A DNA stretch of 20,000 nt, taken from the IMG/VR virus record IMGVR_UViG_3300037149_000036. One strand, 5' to 3'. Made by a program: the position numbers and the translations under genes. The DNA comes from an uncultured virus (IMG/VR IMGVR_UViG_3300037149_000036) (lineage: Duplodnaviria > Heunggongvirae > Uroviricota > Caudoviricetes). Shown piece after piece: positions 7,918-16,130 of this stretch (within the stretch, counting starts at the first letter, position 1; each line of letters starts with the position of its first letter). The notes under the pieces were generated by a model that worked only from the letters and a program-made list of their open reading frames with translations, did not search any database and was not told the origin of the DNA.

Positions 7918-8109
7918 CTACTCCTTGCCTGGAAGCGGGCTATCGAGTGGACGGCTTGCGAACTTCTTACGCACCCTGGTGATAATGGAAGTGGACTTCT
8001 TGCGCTTTCTCCAGCGCTCCTCTACTAGCCGCGCTGTGGCTAGAGCTGCGCCTATCCATAGAATGGCATATAAAATACAGAAAGGAGTGTTATGGGCATG
8101 TGGCGTCAT
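7918..8109 (-). CDS. Small membrane protein (63 aa)
   Basis: ATGA overlap with the exonuclease stop, GGAGG upstream; hydrophobic FCILYAILWIGAALATA followed by RWRKRKK. Confidence 0.7.
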   Translation of the reverse strand: MTPHAHNTPFCILYAILWIGAALATARLVEERWRKRKKSTSIITRVRKKFASRPLDSPLPGKE

Positions 8110-8642
8110 TTCCTTCCTCCGATCATTTTGATCAACTGCGCTGCCTGATATCGCGCATCGTCGAGCGCGTTGTGCTTGGTGCCGAAGTTTGGAGCGTCGG
8201 CAATCTCCGGGTGGAGCGCACGTACCGTTCGGTAGCACCGATCGTTCCGGAAAGACCATGGCCGGTCAAGCCCGCACGCTTTGTACGCCGACGAAATAAC
8301 TACGTTGTCGAACGTAGCACCGTTGCCCCACACCTTCGCGTCCTTTCCCGCTATGTCAATGAGCCAACGAGAGAACTCCTCAAGGGCAAGCGGAAGACCG
8401 ATGCGCTCACCCGCGTAGAGCGCAGAGCGGGCTTCCACACTTTGCTGCATCCACCACATGACCGTGTCCGCGTCTAGTTCTAGCCCGGCCTCCATGCTCG
8501 AATTGAGCGTCACGGCGCTGTAGAACTGGATGCTGCCGGTTTCACGCGCTTCGAGATCGAACGCCACCGCGCCAATGGCGACGATTGCTGCACTCGGTCC
8601 GGTGCCCATGGTTTCTAGGTCCAAAGAAACGTTGTCCATCAT
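8106..8642 (-). CDS. DEDDh 3'-5' exonuclease (phage DnaQ-like / Rv2179c-type)
   Basis: ExoI SLDLET, ExoII WGNGATFD, RCYRT, ExoIII HNALDDA; GAGGAGG RBS. Confidence 0.93.
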   Translation of the reverse strand: MMDNVSLDLETMGTGPSAAIVAIGAVAFDLEARETGSIQFYSAVTLNSSMEAGLELDADTVMWWMQQSVEARSALYAGERIGLPLALEEFSRWLIDIAGKDAKVWGNGATFDNVVISSAYKACGLDRPWSFRNDRCYRTVRALHPEIADAPNFGTKHNALDDARYQAAQLIKMIGGRK

Positions 8643-8643
8643 T

Positions 8644-8832
8644 TCAAGCCTCCTCTTTGATCACTGAAACTATTTCGGCCGTAACTTTCCACTCCTGCAA
8701 ATTTCCATTGCGATCGACGTGGCTAACGGGAAACTCGCACCAAGACGCCCCGCCCATATCCTCCATGTGCTGGACTATCGCCTTTGCTGCTTGATGTCCT
8801 CGCTCAAGCTCTTGTTTCAGATCTTCGTCCAT
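8644..8832 (-). CDS. Hypothetical protein (62 aa, MDEDLKQE...)
   Basis: GGAGG RBS before ATG 8832; abuts both neighbours. Confidence 0.7.
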   Translation of the reverse strand: MDEDLKQELERGHQAAKAIVQHMEDMGGASWCEFPVSHVDRNGNLQEWKVTAEIVSVIKEEA

Positions 8833-8833
8833 A

Positions 8834-9031
8834 CTAACCCTCCAAATATTCTCTGCCGTATTCGGTGAGGAAGATGTGCCCACCCCTCTCTTCAACCATA
8901 CACGTTCCGATCCTCGTCATTTCCTCCCACACAATGTTGCCCACTGGATAGAAGTCATCTAGATAGTCCATTTTCGTTGCGCCGCCGTTAGTATTCTTGA
9001 TGTATTGTAGGTGCTCGGTGTATGCGCTCAT
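8834..9031 (-). CDS. Hypothetical protein (65 aa, MSAYTEHL...), possibly winged-helix-like
   Basis: GGAGG RBS before ATG 9031; C-terminal IFLTEYGREYL resembles the end of a winged helix. Confidence 0.65.
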   Translation of the reverse strand: MSAYTEHLQYIKNTNGGATKMDYLDDFYPVGNIVWEEMTRIGTCMVEERGGHIFLTEYGREYLEG

Positions 9032-9233
9032 TTCTTCCTCCGCTTGGCTTGGTTGCGCGCCGCATTGGCCTTCTGCCATGCCATTCCTGCACTTCCGCGA
9101 GCGTCATCATGCGTCGGCTGATGACCTCCTCGCTAGGACGAAGCGACTCTTGCATCTTGCACAAGATCTCCTCGCGGCTTTTGCCCTCGAAGATCGTTTG
9201 CTGTGTCTCTCCTTTGTAGCGTGTCTCTTGCAT
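8988..9233 (-). CDS. Hypothetical protein (81 aa)
   Basis: AAGGAGGAG RBS, TAATG coupling with the upstream gene; 44-nt overlap with the downstream gene. Confidence 0.65.
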   Translation of the reverse strand: MQETRYKGETQQTIFEGKSREEILCKMQESLRPSEEVISRRMMTLAEVQEWHGRRPMRRATKPSGGRNERIHRAPTIHQEY

Positions 9234-9493
9234 TATTTCTCCTCCTTGGTTTTGGGTGTCGTGGTGCCGCGCTTAAACCAACACGTCATTGGTTCAAGAA
9301 CTTCCTGTGATAGTGCTCTCCCGGCATTGAAGCAATCCGGGTGGAAGACCATTTGCTCAAGCTTGCCGTCGAAAATGCCGCGCGTGAAAACGTAGGGCGA
9401 GAGAACGAGGATTTTCTCTCCGCACCAGTCACACTTCATAGACTTGCACGCGGCTTGAACGGCGGTGGGCGGAAAGACGATGATCTCAGGCAT
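9233..9493 (-). CDS. Small zinc-finger protein (CDWC...HPDC), 86 aa
   Basis: GGAGGAGG RBS before ATG 9493; CxxC and HxxC pair. Confidence 0.75.
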   Translation of the reverse strand: MPEIIVFPPTAVQAACKSMKCDWCGEKILVLSPYVFTRGIFDGKLEQMVFHPDCFNAGRALSQEVLEPMTCWFKRGTTTPKTKEEK

Positions 9494-9797
9494 TCCACAC
9501 CTCCTCCAGCATTCTCCAAACACTTGGATCTGGGAATAAGCGTATCGGAAGCCCGTGCTTCTTCGCTATGCGCACCATTCCTGGCAATGGCATGGAGCGC
9601 TCGGCGTGTCCGGCGATTGTGCGGAGAAATATATTCAGCCGTGAGTGGTATTCGTCGTCGTCGTCGTCGTCGTCGAAACTCAGCAAATCACCGAGGCCGC
9701 CTGACCAGCCGCACTCGCACTCTGCGGTCACTGGCATCCACGGAATTATCTCGCCGAGGCATTCCGGGCACCGTAATTTGTGGTCTGTGATCCGCAT
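9486..9797 (-). CDS. Zinc-ribbon protein (CPEC...CECGW) with a poly-Asp linker, 103 aa
   Basis: GGAGGAG RBS before ATG 9797; run of GAC codons near 9653-9675. Confidence 0.7.
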   Translation of the reverse strand: MRITDHKLRCPECLGEIIPWMPVTAECECGWSGGLGDLLSFDDDDDDDEYHSRLNIFLRTIAGHAERSMPLPGMVRIAKKHGLPIRLFPDPSVWRMLEEVWNA

Positions 9798-9798
9798 G

Positions 9799-10095
9799 TT
9801 AGCGCTCCTCCATGTCTTCGAGAAACTTGTCGATGATCTTGCGCTCTGCCAGAAGCGCATCTCTCTGGCGCACCACTTTCTGTACGGCGGCAACTAGCTC
9901 ACGGTAGTAATCGTCGTTGTTGGTGAGCGTTATTCCATCTTCCACCAAGTGTGCAATTCGCGCCAAACACATCCCGCGCTTTTGCAGTAGACGCACGGCC
10001 TCAAAGTAGGCCCCAAGCGTATTCTGACTTTGTATGCGATCCGCGTTCGCATTCTTCTTTTCTTTGAACAGCCATGCAAACGCACTCTCAAACAT
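9799..10095 (-). CDS. Hypothetical protein (98 aa)
   Basis: GAGGAGG RBS; abuts neighbours. Confidence 0.75.
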   Translation of the reverse strand: MFESAFAWLFKEKKNANADRIQSQNTLGAYFEAVRLLQKRGMCLARIAHLVEDGITLTNNDDYYRELVAAVQKVVRQRDALLAERKIIDKFLEDMEER

Positions 10096-10098
10096 ACG

Positions 10099-10293
10099 TC
10101 ACCTCCTCACATCGATCGTGTAGTTGATTTCTATTATGCGGCGTGCTTGCTCCTCCAAAAGCAATACAGCGTGGTTATCGCACACAATCACTGTACCTGC
10201 CGAAACTAAGTTCACTCCACACGGCTGCGGGATAAGAACCGCCAGATCCCCGTCGCATCGCCCTAGAGCCGTGATCAAGTCTTTCACTTTCAT
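10099..10293 (-). CDS. Hypothetical protein (64 aa, MKVKDLI..L type small phage protein)
   Basis: GGAG RBS; starts 1 nt after the primase stop. Confidence 0.75.
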   Translation of the reverse strand: MKVKDLITALGRCDGDLAVLIPQPCGVNLVSAGTVIVCDNHAVLLLEEQARRIIEINYTIDVRR

Positions 10294-10294
10294 G

Positions 10295-12445
10295 TCATTT
10301 CTCCAATCTCTGTGTCATGCGTTTTTGTAGTTTCTTCTGTTCCTTCACACGCCCTAGATATTTCTTTCGCTCCTCTTCCGTTTTCTCCATTCGCGCCTTG
10401 ATGCCGATCGGATTGCCTTCCTCGTCGTAGAACTCAACTGGTGGTTCCACGAACTTCGGCAACGCACCATTGCGATCCGAAGCCCACAATTGGCGCATCC
10501 ACAATTGCGTAACCGTGCTCGGCACCTCGATTGCGCGATTGATCAGCCACGGACGCACGTTCCGATTATCCGGGAGCTTGAGTTGTTGGGTGCGGAGCGG
10601 CTGAATGAAGCCCTCCTGGCGCAATGTGCGAGATAGCGCGTTCTTCGACCAATTCTGTTTGTTTGCCCGCATCAAGAGTTCTTCTGTAGTCATCAAGGCG
10701 TGCATGCCCCGCACTTCCCCGGAGCCCCAACAACTGTGAATCCACTCGCTCATTTCTGAGCGCGAATCCTCGATCATGATTTGCTTGTCCTCGGTCATCG
10801 GTGCGGGACGGAATGGCTCAAACCCAGTGAGATCGAGGTTCTTGAGGTGGTGCATGAGCGCGTTGATGCCGTCAGGCGACCTATACCAACGATCATAGGT
10901 GCCGGTATACCACGCAGCATCCAACGGCTCACCCTGTATCTCGATAACGAAATAGCGACGGTCTTTCCCTTCGAGGAAAAGAACGTCGCAATGGTTACTG
11001 GTGAAGAGGTAGTTGATGCAATCCTTGATTTCATAGGTTGGAATGTATTTCTGATTCACTTCGATGTTCTGCCCGGTGATCATGCCTTTGAGCTTGTTAC
11101 CGAGTTGCCGCTTCTCGCCGCCGCCCGATCCTGTAATCTCATCGGCGAGAATAAATTGCCGGTTGGTGGCGTAGGCGTTGAACGCGGAATCTAGGTCGCG
11201 GTCGCCGATCTCCTTGTAATTATCACCGTAGATCCTGCCGAGTGTGTAGCCGACGAGTGTTTTCCCGGTGCCTTGCGCGTTCGACCAGAAAACCACTGCG
11301 GTATAGAGCTTAGTGCCTGGGTGCTGAATCGGGTAGGCGCACCATTGCTCGAACCATTGACGGTGCTCCGGTGACGTGTCCTTGAAGATGTAGTCGAGTA
11401 GCGTCTTCCACGGCCTGATGTTGCCCTTGACCGGCTTGGCGCCCCAGCCCTTCCATTGATTGTATTCGCCCGCTTTGGTAATCTCTCCCTCTCCGGGCGT
11501 GTAGGCCATCTTTGAAGCCGTCGCGCGTCCCGGCCATTCAAGCCATTCCTTCGGCACGGAGCACAGGGTTGTCTTTGTCGGGTTGTCCTCTGTAGGCGTG
11601 GGCTTCATGAACTTCCGATCGGCGTAGAGCGGCATGACCAGATCTCGTGCGGAGACGCGCTGGCCCGTTGCGCGAATCACACACACGCCGGGATCACGGA
11701 TGAAAATCACTTCCTCATTGAATTTGCGAAGCGCGGCTGATTGTTTCCATTCGGCGGCTTTTTCGATCAAACGCATAAAGCGCTTAGGTCCGCCATACTT
11801 GGAAACGAGGAAGTCATCCATCCCTGTTTTCTGCCCGTCGATCAGCGTGGGAAGTCGCACGATGTAGATGCGCGCACCACGATTCACCAAACGGCGTGCA
11901 AGCTCATTCTCCGCTTGGAGGATGCCTACGTTCTGATCGGCGTCTGAATCATAGCAAATATACACCGCGCGCCCGGTCCACTCAATTTGTTCGAGATCCG
12001 GCACGAGATCCTGTTGCTTAGCTTTGGACCCGAAGCTCCATACGCCGCCAAGCCCAATAGTGCAGAAGTCGAACTTGGTTGCACACGCGGCTTTCTTCTC
12101 GCCTTCGGTAATGATGATGGGTGCTCCCACATCCTTGATGCGTTTCGCCCAATCTGTGAGCGGAGGGAAATACACGCGGACGGCGGAGCCCTTCAATTGA
12201 AAATATTTGTTCTTGGTCTTCTTGCCAAGGAAACGATAGCGCCAAAAATCCGTCTCCTCGCCGTTGACATCGAAGTAGGGAATCTTGAAACCAGGCACGT
12301 CGAAGCCGGTAAGCTCGATGGCATCCTTGCCGTGAAATGACTCCATATGGAGCTTCTTCGCATCAAGACGATCTAGCCCAGAGGCGGCTAGTGCTTGGAC
12401 CATGGAGGCGCGTGTCTCGTCCGCTGAAAGTTTGGGCCTACTCAT
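10295..12445 (-). CDS. Primase-helicase: N-terminal Toprim (DUF3854-like) domain fused to an SF3/D5-like helicase (DUF5906-like)
   Basis: Toprim IIITEGEKKA, GLGGVW, YICYDSD, KTGMDDFL; Walker A AQGTGKT, Walker B ILADE, motif C FTSNH, Arg finger DRRYF. Confidence 0.92.
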   Translation of the reverse strand: MSRPKLSADETRASMVQALAASGLDRLDAKKLHMESFHGKDAIELTGFDVPGFKIPYFDVNGEETDFWRYRFLGKKTKNKYFQLKGSAVRVYFPPLTDWAKRIKDVGAPIIITEGEKKAACATKFDFCTIGLGGVWSFGSKAKQQDLVPDLEQIEWTGRAVYICYDSDADQNVGILQAENELARRLVNRGARIYIVRLPTLIDGQKTGMDDFLVSKYGGPKRFMRLIEKAAEWKQSAALRKFNEEVIFIRDPGVCVIRATGQRVSARDLVMPLYADRKFMKPTPTEDNPTKTTLCSVPKEWLEWPGRATASKMAYTPGEGEITKAGEYNQWKGWGAKPVKGNIRPWKTLLDYIFKDTSPEHRQWFEQWCAYPIQHPGTKLYTAVVFWSNAQGTGKTLVGYTLGRIYGDNYKEIGDRDLDSAFNAYATNRQFILADEITGSGGGEKRQLGNKLKGMITGQNIEVNQKYIPTYEIKDCINYLFTSNHCDVLFLEGKDRRYFVIEIQGEPLDAAWYTGTYDRWYRSPDGINALMHHLKNLDLTGFEPFRPAPMTEDKQIMIEDSRSEMSEWIHSCWGSGEVRGMHALMTTEELLMRANKQNWSKNALSRTLRQEGFIQPLRTQQLKLPDNRNVRPWLINRAIEVPSTVTQLWMRQLWASDRNGALPKFVEPPVEFYDEEGNPIGIKARMEKTEEERKKYLGRVKEQKKLQKRMTQRLEK

Positions 12446-12924
12446 GCCAACCTCTTCTTATGTGTATCCTGCCATTCTTTGAGTCTTGTGCATGCCTTAC
12501 GGTATTTTCGCGCCGCGCCTTTAATGCCTTTGTCAGCCTTGCGCTTGAGGTGGCGAAGGTATTCTCTGTAATTGTCGAAACCGGATGGAGGTTTTGGCGC
12601 TATCGGATGCCTAATGCGATCCCACTTTCTAGCGAGAAGATATTTTTCATACTCTTGCATGTAGAAAGCCCGCGACTCGAATTTGTCGCAATAGCTAAGC
12701 CACTCCCGCCATTCGAGAAGCGTCAGGCCATACGCCCTGTTGTATAGCTTCCTCGCTTTGCAGAAGCGCCGCATCATAGCGTAGTATTCTGGATTGGCGG
12801 CGGCACGACACCTATCGAGCCACTTCCGCCACGACGGCCACCCATACGGACCGCGCGCACTCATGACGAGCTTGGGCGTGTGTGTAGAAGTTTCGATGGC
12901 GCCGCTATCCTCATTGGGATTCAT
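12442..12924 (-). CDS. Basic, aromatic-rich hypothetical protein (~160 aa), first gene after the main leftward promoter
   Basis: ATG 12924 has a GGAG RBS (ATG 12936 is an alternative without an obvious RBS); ATGA overlap with the primase start. Confidence 0.75.
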   Translation of the reverse strand: MNPNEDSGAIETSTHTPKLVMSARGPYGWPSWRKWLDRCRAAANPEYYAMMRRFCKARKLYNRAYGLTLLEWREWLSYCDKFESRAFYMQEYEKYLLARKWDRIRHPIAPKPPSGFDNYREYLRHLKRKADKGIKGAARKYRKACTRLKEWQDTHKKRLA

Positions 12925-12951
12925 TTTATTCTCCATGGTTTATCTGTGGTG

Positions 12952-13055
12952 TGGTGCGCTTCACTCGTCCGTCGTTCCTGCCCTTCGGGTGTCAGAGGAG
13001 CTTGACGTTTCGGAACGCACCACACATTCCCGGGTTTCGGCGGACGAGTGAAGCG
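12952..13055 (-). ncRNA. Candidate structured leader or small RNA closed by a perfect 15-bp stem
   Basis: CGCTTCACTCGTCCG (12957-12971) is the exact reverse complement of 13041-13055; three short internal hairpins; starts at the predicted +1 of the adjacent promoter. Confidence 0.55.
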
Positions 13056-13061
13056 GATTCA

Positions 13062-13089
13062 ATTATAGGCTCGCTTAAAACAACGTCAA
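13062..13089 (-). promoter_or_regulatory. Near-consensus sigma70 leftward (early) promoter
   Basis: -35 TTGACG (13089-13084), 16-bp spacer, -10 TATAAT (13067-13062). Confidence 0.85.
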
Positions 13090-13637
13090 GCAAAATTTAC
13101 AAGCGGGCTAAGGTGCCGTATTTGCGCTATTTAGATCTTGACCAAAGAAGTCAATAAAATTTATTTAACAAGGTGGCAATGTAGCGGCGTAGGAACGTAG
13201 CCGTTGTGTATGGCTTGTTCACGTCACCAGTGCGTAATCGCGTTGCTACGTAGTTTTGTAAAATTGCTTAATTAGCCGTTTGCGCAAATGCCCTAGGTTC
13301 TAAGGATCTTCACACTTTTGCGCTCCGAGCCGTTTTCTTGATTTTTGTAAACTAGGCCAAACACACATAGTTACACATTTCGTAGCTTTGTAAAAGTGTG
13401 TGGTGGCTGTACCGAACGAAAACCTGAAACTTCTTCAGATCGCCCAAAATGACTGAGTTGCTCCGTAGAACGGCCTTGGCACTATGTTCTAGGCGAAATG
13501 TAATAGCAAGTTCAAGTTGAACCATGGTCCATACTCCCACTATTCCTTTTTCCCCCCTCTTTTTTGTACTTCTCTTCTCTATTATCTTACCTATTACTTT
13601 TCTAAATAAATGTGAAGATAATGAAGAAGTAAGAAGG

Positions 13638-14272
13638 AAACGTAGTGGTGGTGCGGGTTCTTCAAATTTTTCATCAAATCAATTTCACCTCCACAAAGCT
13701 AGCATTCTGACGTAGAATTTCGCGCCCGGTCGGGGCCATGACCGCCATTCTAGGGCGTATACTCGCATAACAAGCCAACAAAGCACCGGGCGCTGTGCCC
13801 TTGGAGGCCGTGTGCGCCTTAGCTACGACTCATTCTACGCAAATGCACACAATTTGGCACCCCTGCAAAGCCGCATGAATAGGGCGTCTACGTAGACGTA
13901 GTGGGGCCGCGGGTTTGCGGGGCACTCCTCTGAAACGCAATGGTGGTGCGGCCTGCGGAAGCACAAAGTGCAAAAAAGTCGTTTTCGTTTAAACGGTTTT
14001 TTCGAAAAACACACTTTTCGGGTCTTTTTTGCATCGCGGATCGGCTCGGAATGTAGTTCTACAAATTGGCCTAAGCACTGGCGCGGGTTTGCGGGCAAAT
14101 TTCAGCGATTTCTCGATTCTGTATACGCGCCGTCTGGTTTTTTCACATCGTTTTAATACAATTTTGGACAATTTGCCTCGCAAACGCCCTATTCATGCGG
14201 GTTTGAAAAAAGTTCAGCGCCCGCCCTACTCAATAGGGCCTATACGCGAAGAACCGCATGAACAGTGGCTTA
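13638..14272. repeat. Seven dispersed copies of a 22-bp spaced motif, consensus approximately ARACG-N9-YGCGGSTT
   Basis: Plus strand at 13638, 13894, 13933, 14068 (degenerate left half) and 14182; minus strand at 13868-13889 and 14251-14272 (degenerate). Confidence 0.7.
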
Positions 14273-14381
14273 ATTGTGTGCATTTTGGCCTAGATCCTAC
14301 TCAATACTAGCTATTACGCGAAAATAGGCTCCTGAACGGCCCTGTAAGGCGTCGAATTCGCCCTTGTGCCTCGATATACCC

Positions 14382-14409
14382 TTGACACCCTATGGAGGGC
14401 GTCTACACT
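14382..14409 (+). promoter_or_regulatory. Sigma70-like rightward promoter of the packaging arm
   Basis: -35 TTGACA (14382-14387), 16-bp spacer containing the inverted repeat CCCT-ATGG-AGGG, -10 TACACT (14404-14409). Confidence 0.65.
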
Positions 14410-14447
14410 AGCCCTGTGGCCCGCGCGTGGGCCTCTGAGAGGCACCC

Positions 14448-16082
14448 ATGAGCCCTAAGAAGCCTACCTCACCGAAAAAGGCCGTACGTGTGCCGAGTGT
14501 GGGCGTTTCGATCAATGGCCGTGTGATTCTGCACAAGGAGCACGGCTTGGCCAGCGGGTCTACGAAGCACGGGGACACGAAAGGCCGCGTGGATAGCGGC
14601 GTGGGGGCGAAGAAGCACGCAAAGGGGCGCGCGGCAGACGATTCGCATGCGAACGTGCAAAGTGCGACGGTGCGCGGCATCAAGGGGCGGGGAGACGCCG
14701 CGCACGATTCAACGCCTGGGAAATTTTTACCTTTGCGAAAGAGCGATCCGACCACCAAAACTGAAAAACACGTTTCTGCGCACAAAGCTACGAAACAGGT
14801 AGCCTCCGCGTACGATTCGGCCACCAACAGCGTTTCGACCAATGGCGATCCCAAAAAAATTTCAGACCAAAAATCGAAAAAGTCGGCAAAGGCACTCGCC
14901 GAAGCGCTCCGCAGCAGAATCGTGGGGCATGAGAACGTCGCACCGGATCTTCTCAAGGCGCACTCTCTGAATTTCCGAAAGCACGGCGAAGCGCAGATGA
15001 AAGCGCTCCGTGGCTCGATGGACGACATGGGGTGGCTCAAGGAAATCCTCGTTTCCAAGCGCACTAACACGATCATCGACGGCCACGCGCGGTGGGAAGA
15101 GGCCGTGCGCAGGAAGCTCCCGTTCGTGCCCGTCACGTTTGTGGACATCACCAAGGACGAGGAGAACAAGGCCCTTGCGCTTCTCGACCCGATCACGGAA
15201 ATGGCGACGCGCGACGATGCGCTTTTCCTCAAGCTACTCGACAGCGTGAAAACGAGCAACGATGAAGTTTCCGCCGTGCTCTCGAAAATGTCGAAGCTCA
15301 AGGATATGCCTGAAATCACGAAGGTGGCAGTAAGCGACACGGTTCTCGAATACAAGACGGATGTGTATTTCCCGTCCACGAACAAGTGGGGCATTCCGGA
15401 TCTGGACCCGAAAATGCTCTACGATGGCCCAGCACCGCGCACTACATGGCCGAAGAAGGATGATCGCGGAAAGCCGCAGTTCTATGTGTTCGGCGAAGGC
15501 GGCTTTGACGAGCGCGTCACCGGCAGAATCCTCACGTTCTACACTGAGGATTGGCGCTTCGAGCGGATCTGGGCTGAGAGCATCGAAACGTTGAAGAAGA
15601 TCGTTCCACTAGCACCGGCGGCATTCACAGCGCCGGATTTTTCGTTGTACGGGGATGACCCGCTCGTGGCGCAGATGTGGAATATCTACCGTTCGCGGTG
15701 GATAAGCGTCTACTGGCAGAAGGCCGGGCTCAGGCTGATCCCGTCGCTCGCTACTTCTACGAACCCTGATTGCTATGAATTTGCGTACGCCGGGCTTCCC
15801 AAACGGCCATCGCTCATGAGCATGCAGCTTCGACAGGGCGGCATCAAGAGCAAGCAACAGCACACCGCTACGCACACCGAAATTGCTCAACTGATCGAAC
15901 GTGTGCAGCCGGAGCGGCTCGTGATCTACGGCGTTGCGGCAAAGAACAAGCTCGCTTCCACGCTCCCCTCCGGCACGAAATACATTTGGTGCGAGGACTT
16001 CTCACAGGCGTGGTTTGAGAACGGGCAGGAGATGAAGGCGAACAAGAAAGCAGCAAACCTGATGAAGCTTGGCAAAACTTAG
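14448..16082 (+). CDS. ParB/Srx-like domain fused to a DUF4417-like domain, with a long basic N-terminal extension
   Basis: ParB-like NFRKH...MDDMGW...IIDGHARWE; DUF4417-like FYTEDWRFERIW, APDFSLY, WNIYRSRW..VYWQ..G..LIPS; GAGAGG RBS. Confidence 0.85.
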   Translation: MSPKKPTSPKKAVRVPSVGVSINGRVILHKEHGLASGSTKHGDTKGRVDSGVGAKKHAKGRAADDSHANVQSATVRGIKGRGDAAHDSTPGKFLPLRKSDPTTKTEKHVSAHKATKQVASAYDSATNSVSTNGDPKKISDQKSKKSAKALAEALRSRIVGHENVAPDLLKAHSLNFRKHGEAQMKALRGSMDDMGWLKEILVSKRTNTIIDGHARWEEAVRRKLPFVPVTFVDITKDEENKALALLDPITEMATRDDALFLKLLDSVKTSNDEVSAVLSKMSKLKDMPEITKVAVSDTVLEYKTDVYFPSTNKWGIPDLDPKMLYDGPAPRTTWPKKDDRGKPQFYVFGEGGFDERVTGRILTFYTEDWRFERIWAESIETLKKIVPLAPAAFTAPDFSLYGDDPLVAQMWNIYRSRWISVYWQKAGLRLIPSLATSTNPDCYEFAYAGLPKRPSLMSMQLRQGGIKSKQQHTATHTEIAQLIERVQPERLVIYGVAAKNKLASTLPSGTKYIWCEDFSQAWFENGQEMKANKKAANLMKLGKT

Positions 16083-16097
16083 CGGGCGATCCCGCTA
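16080..16097 (+). other. Short perfect hairpin overlapping the stop codon (TAGCGGG-CGAT-CCCGCTA)
   Basis: 7-bp stem, 4-nt loop; no U-tract, so not called a terminator. Confidence 0.5.
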
Positions 16098-16130
16098 CAT
16101 GCGCCGCGCGGCGTGACAAGGAGCAGTGAA

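Noticed and set aside
12975..13040. Hammerhead ribozyme, tRNA or retron msr-msd in the leader
   Set aside because: GAAAC and GUC are present but there is no CUGANGA core in the right position; no T-loop, D-loop or anticodon arm; no reverse transcriptase in the window.
13125..13160. Second leftward promoter with -35 TTGACT
   Set aside because: No acceptable -10 hexamer at 16-18 bp spacing.
13352..14310. Short ORFs in the divergent intergenic region
   Set aside because: No RBS, atypical composition, and they overlap the repeat motifs; treated as non-coding.
16080..16113. Intrinsic terminator after the ParB-DUF4417 gene
   Set aside because: The hairpin lacks a U-tract and downstream genes look co-transcribed; kept only as a hairpin.
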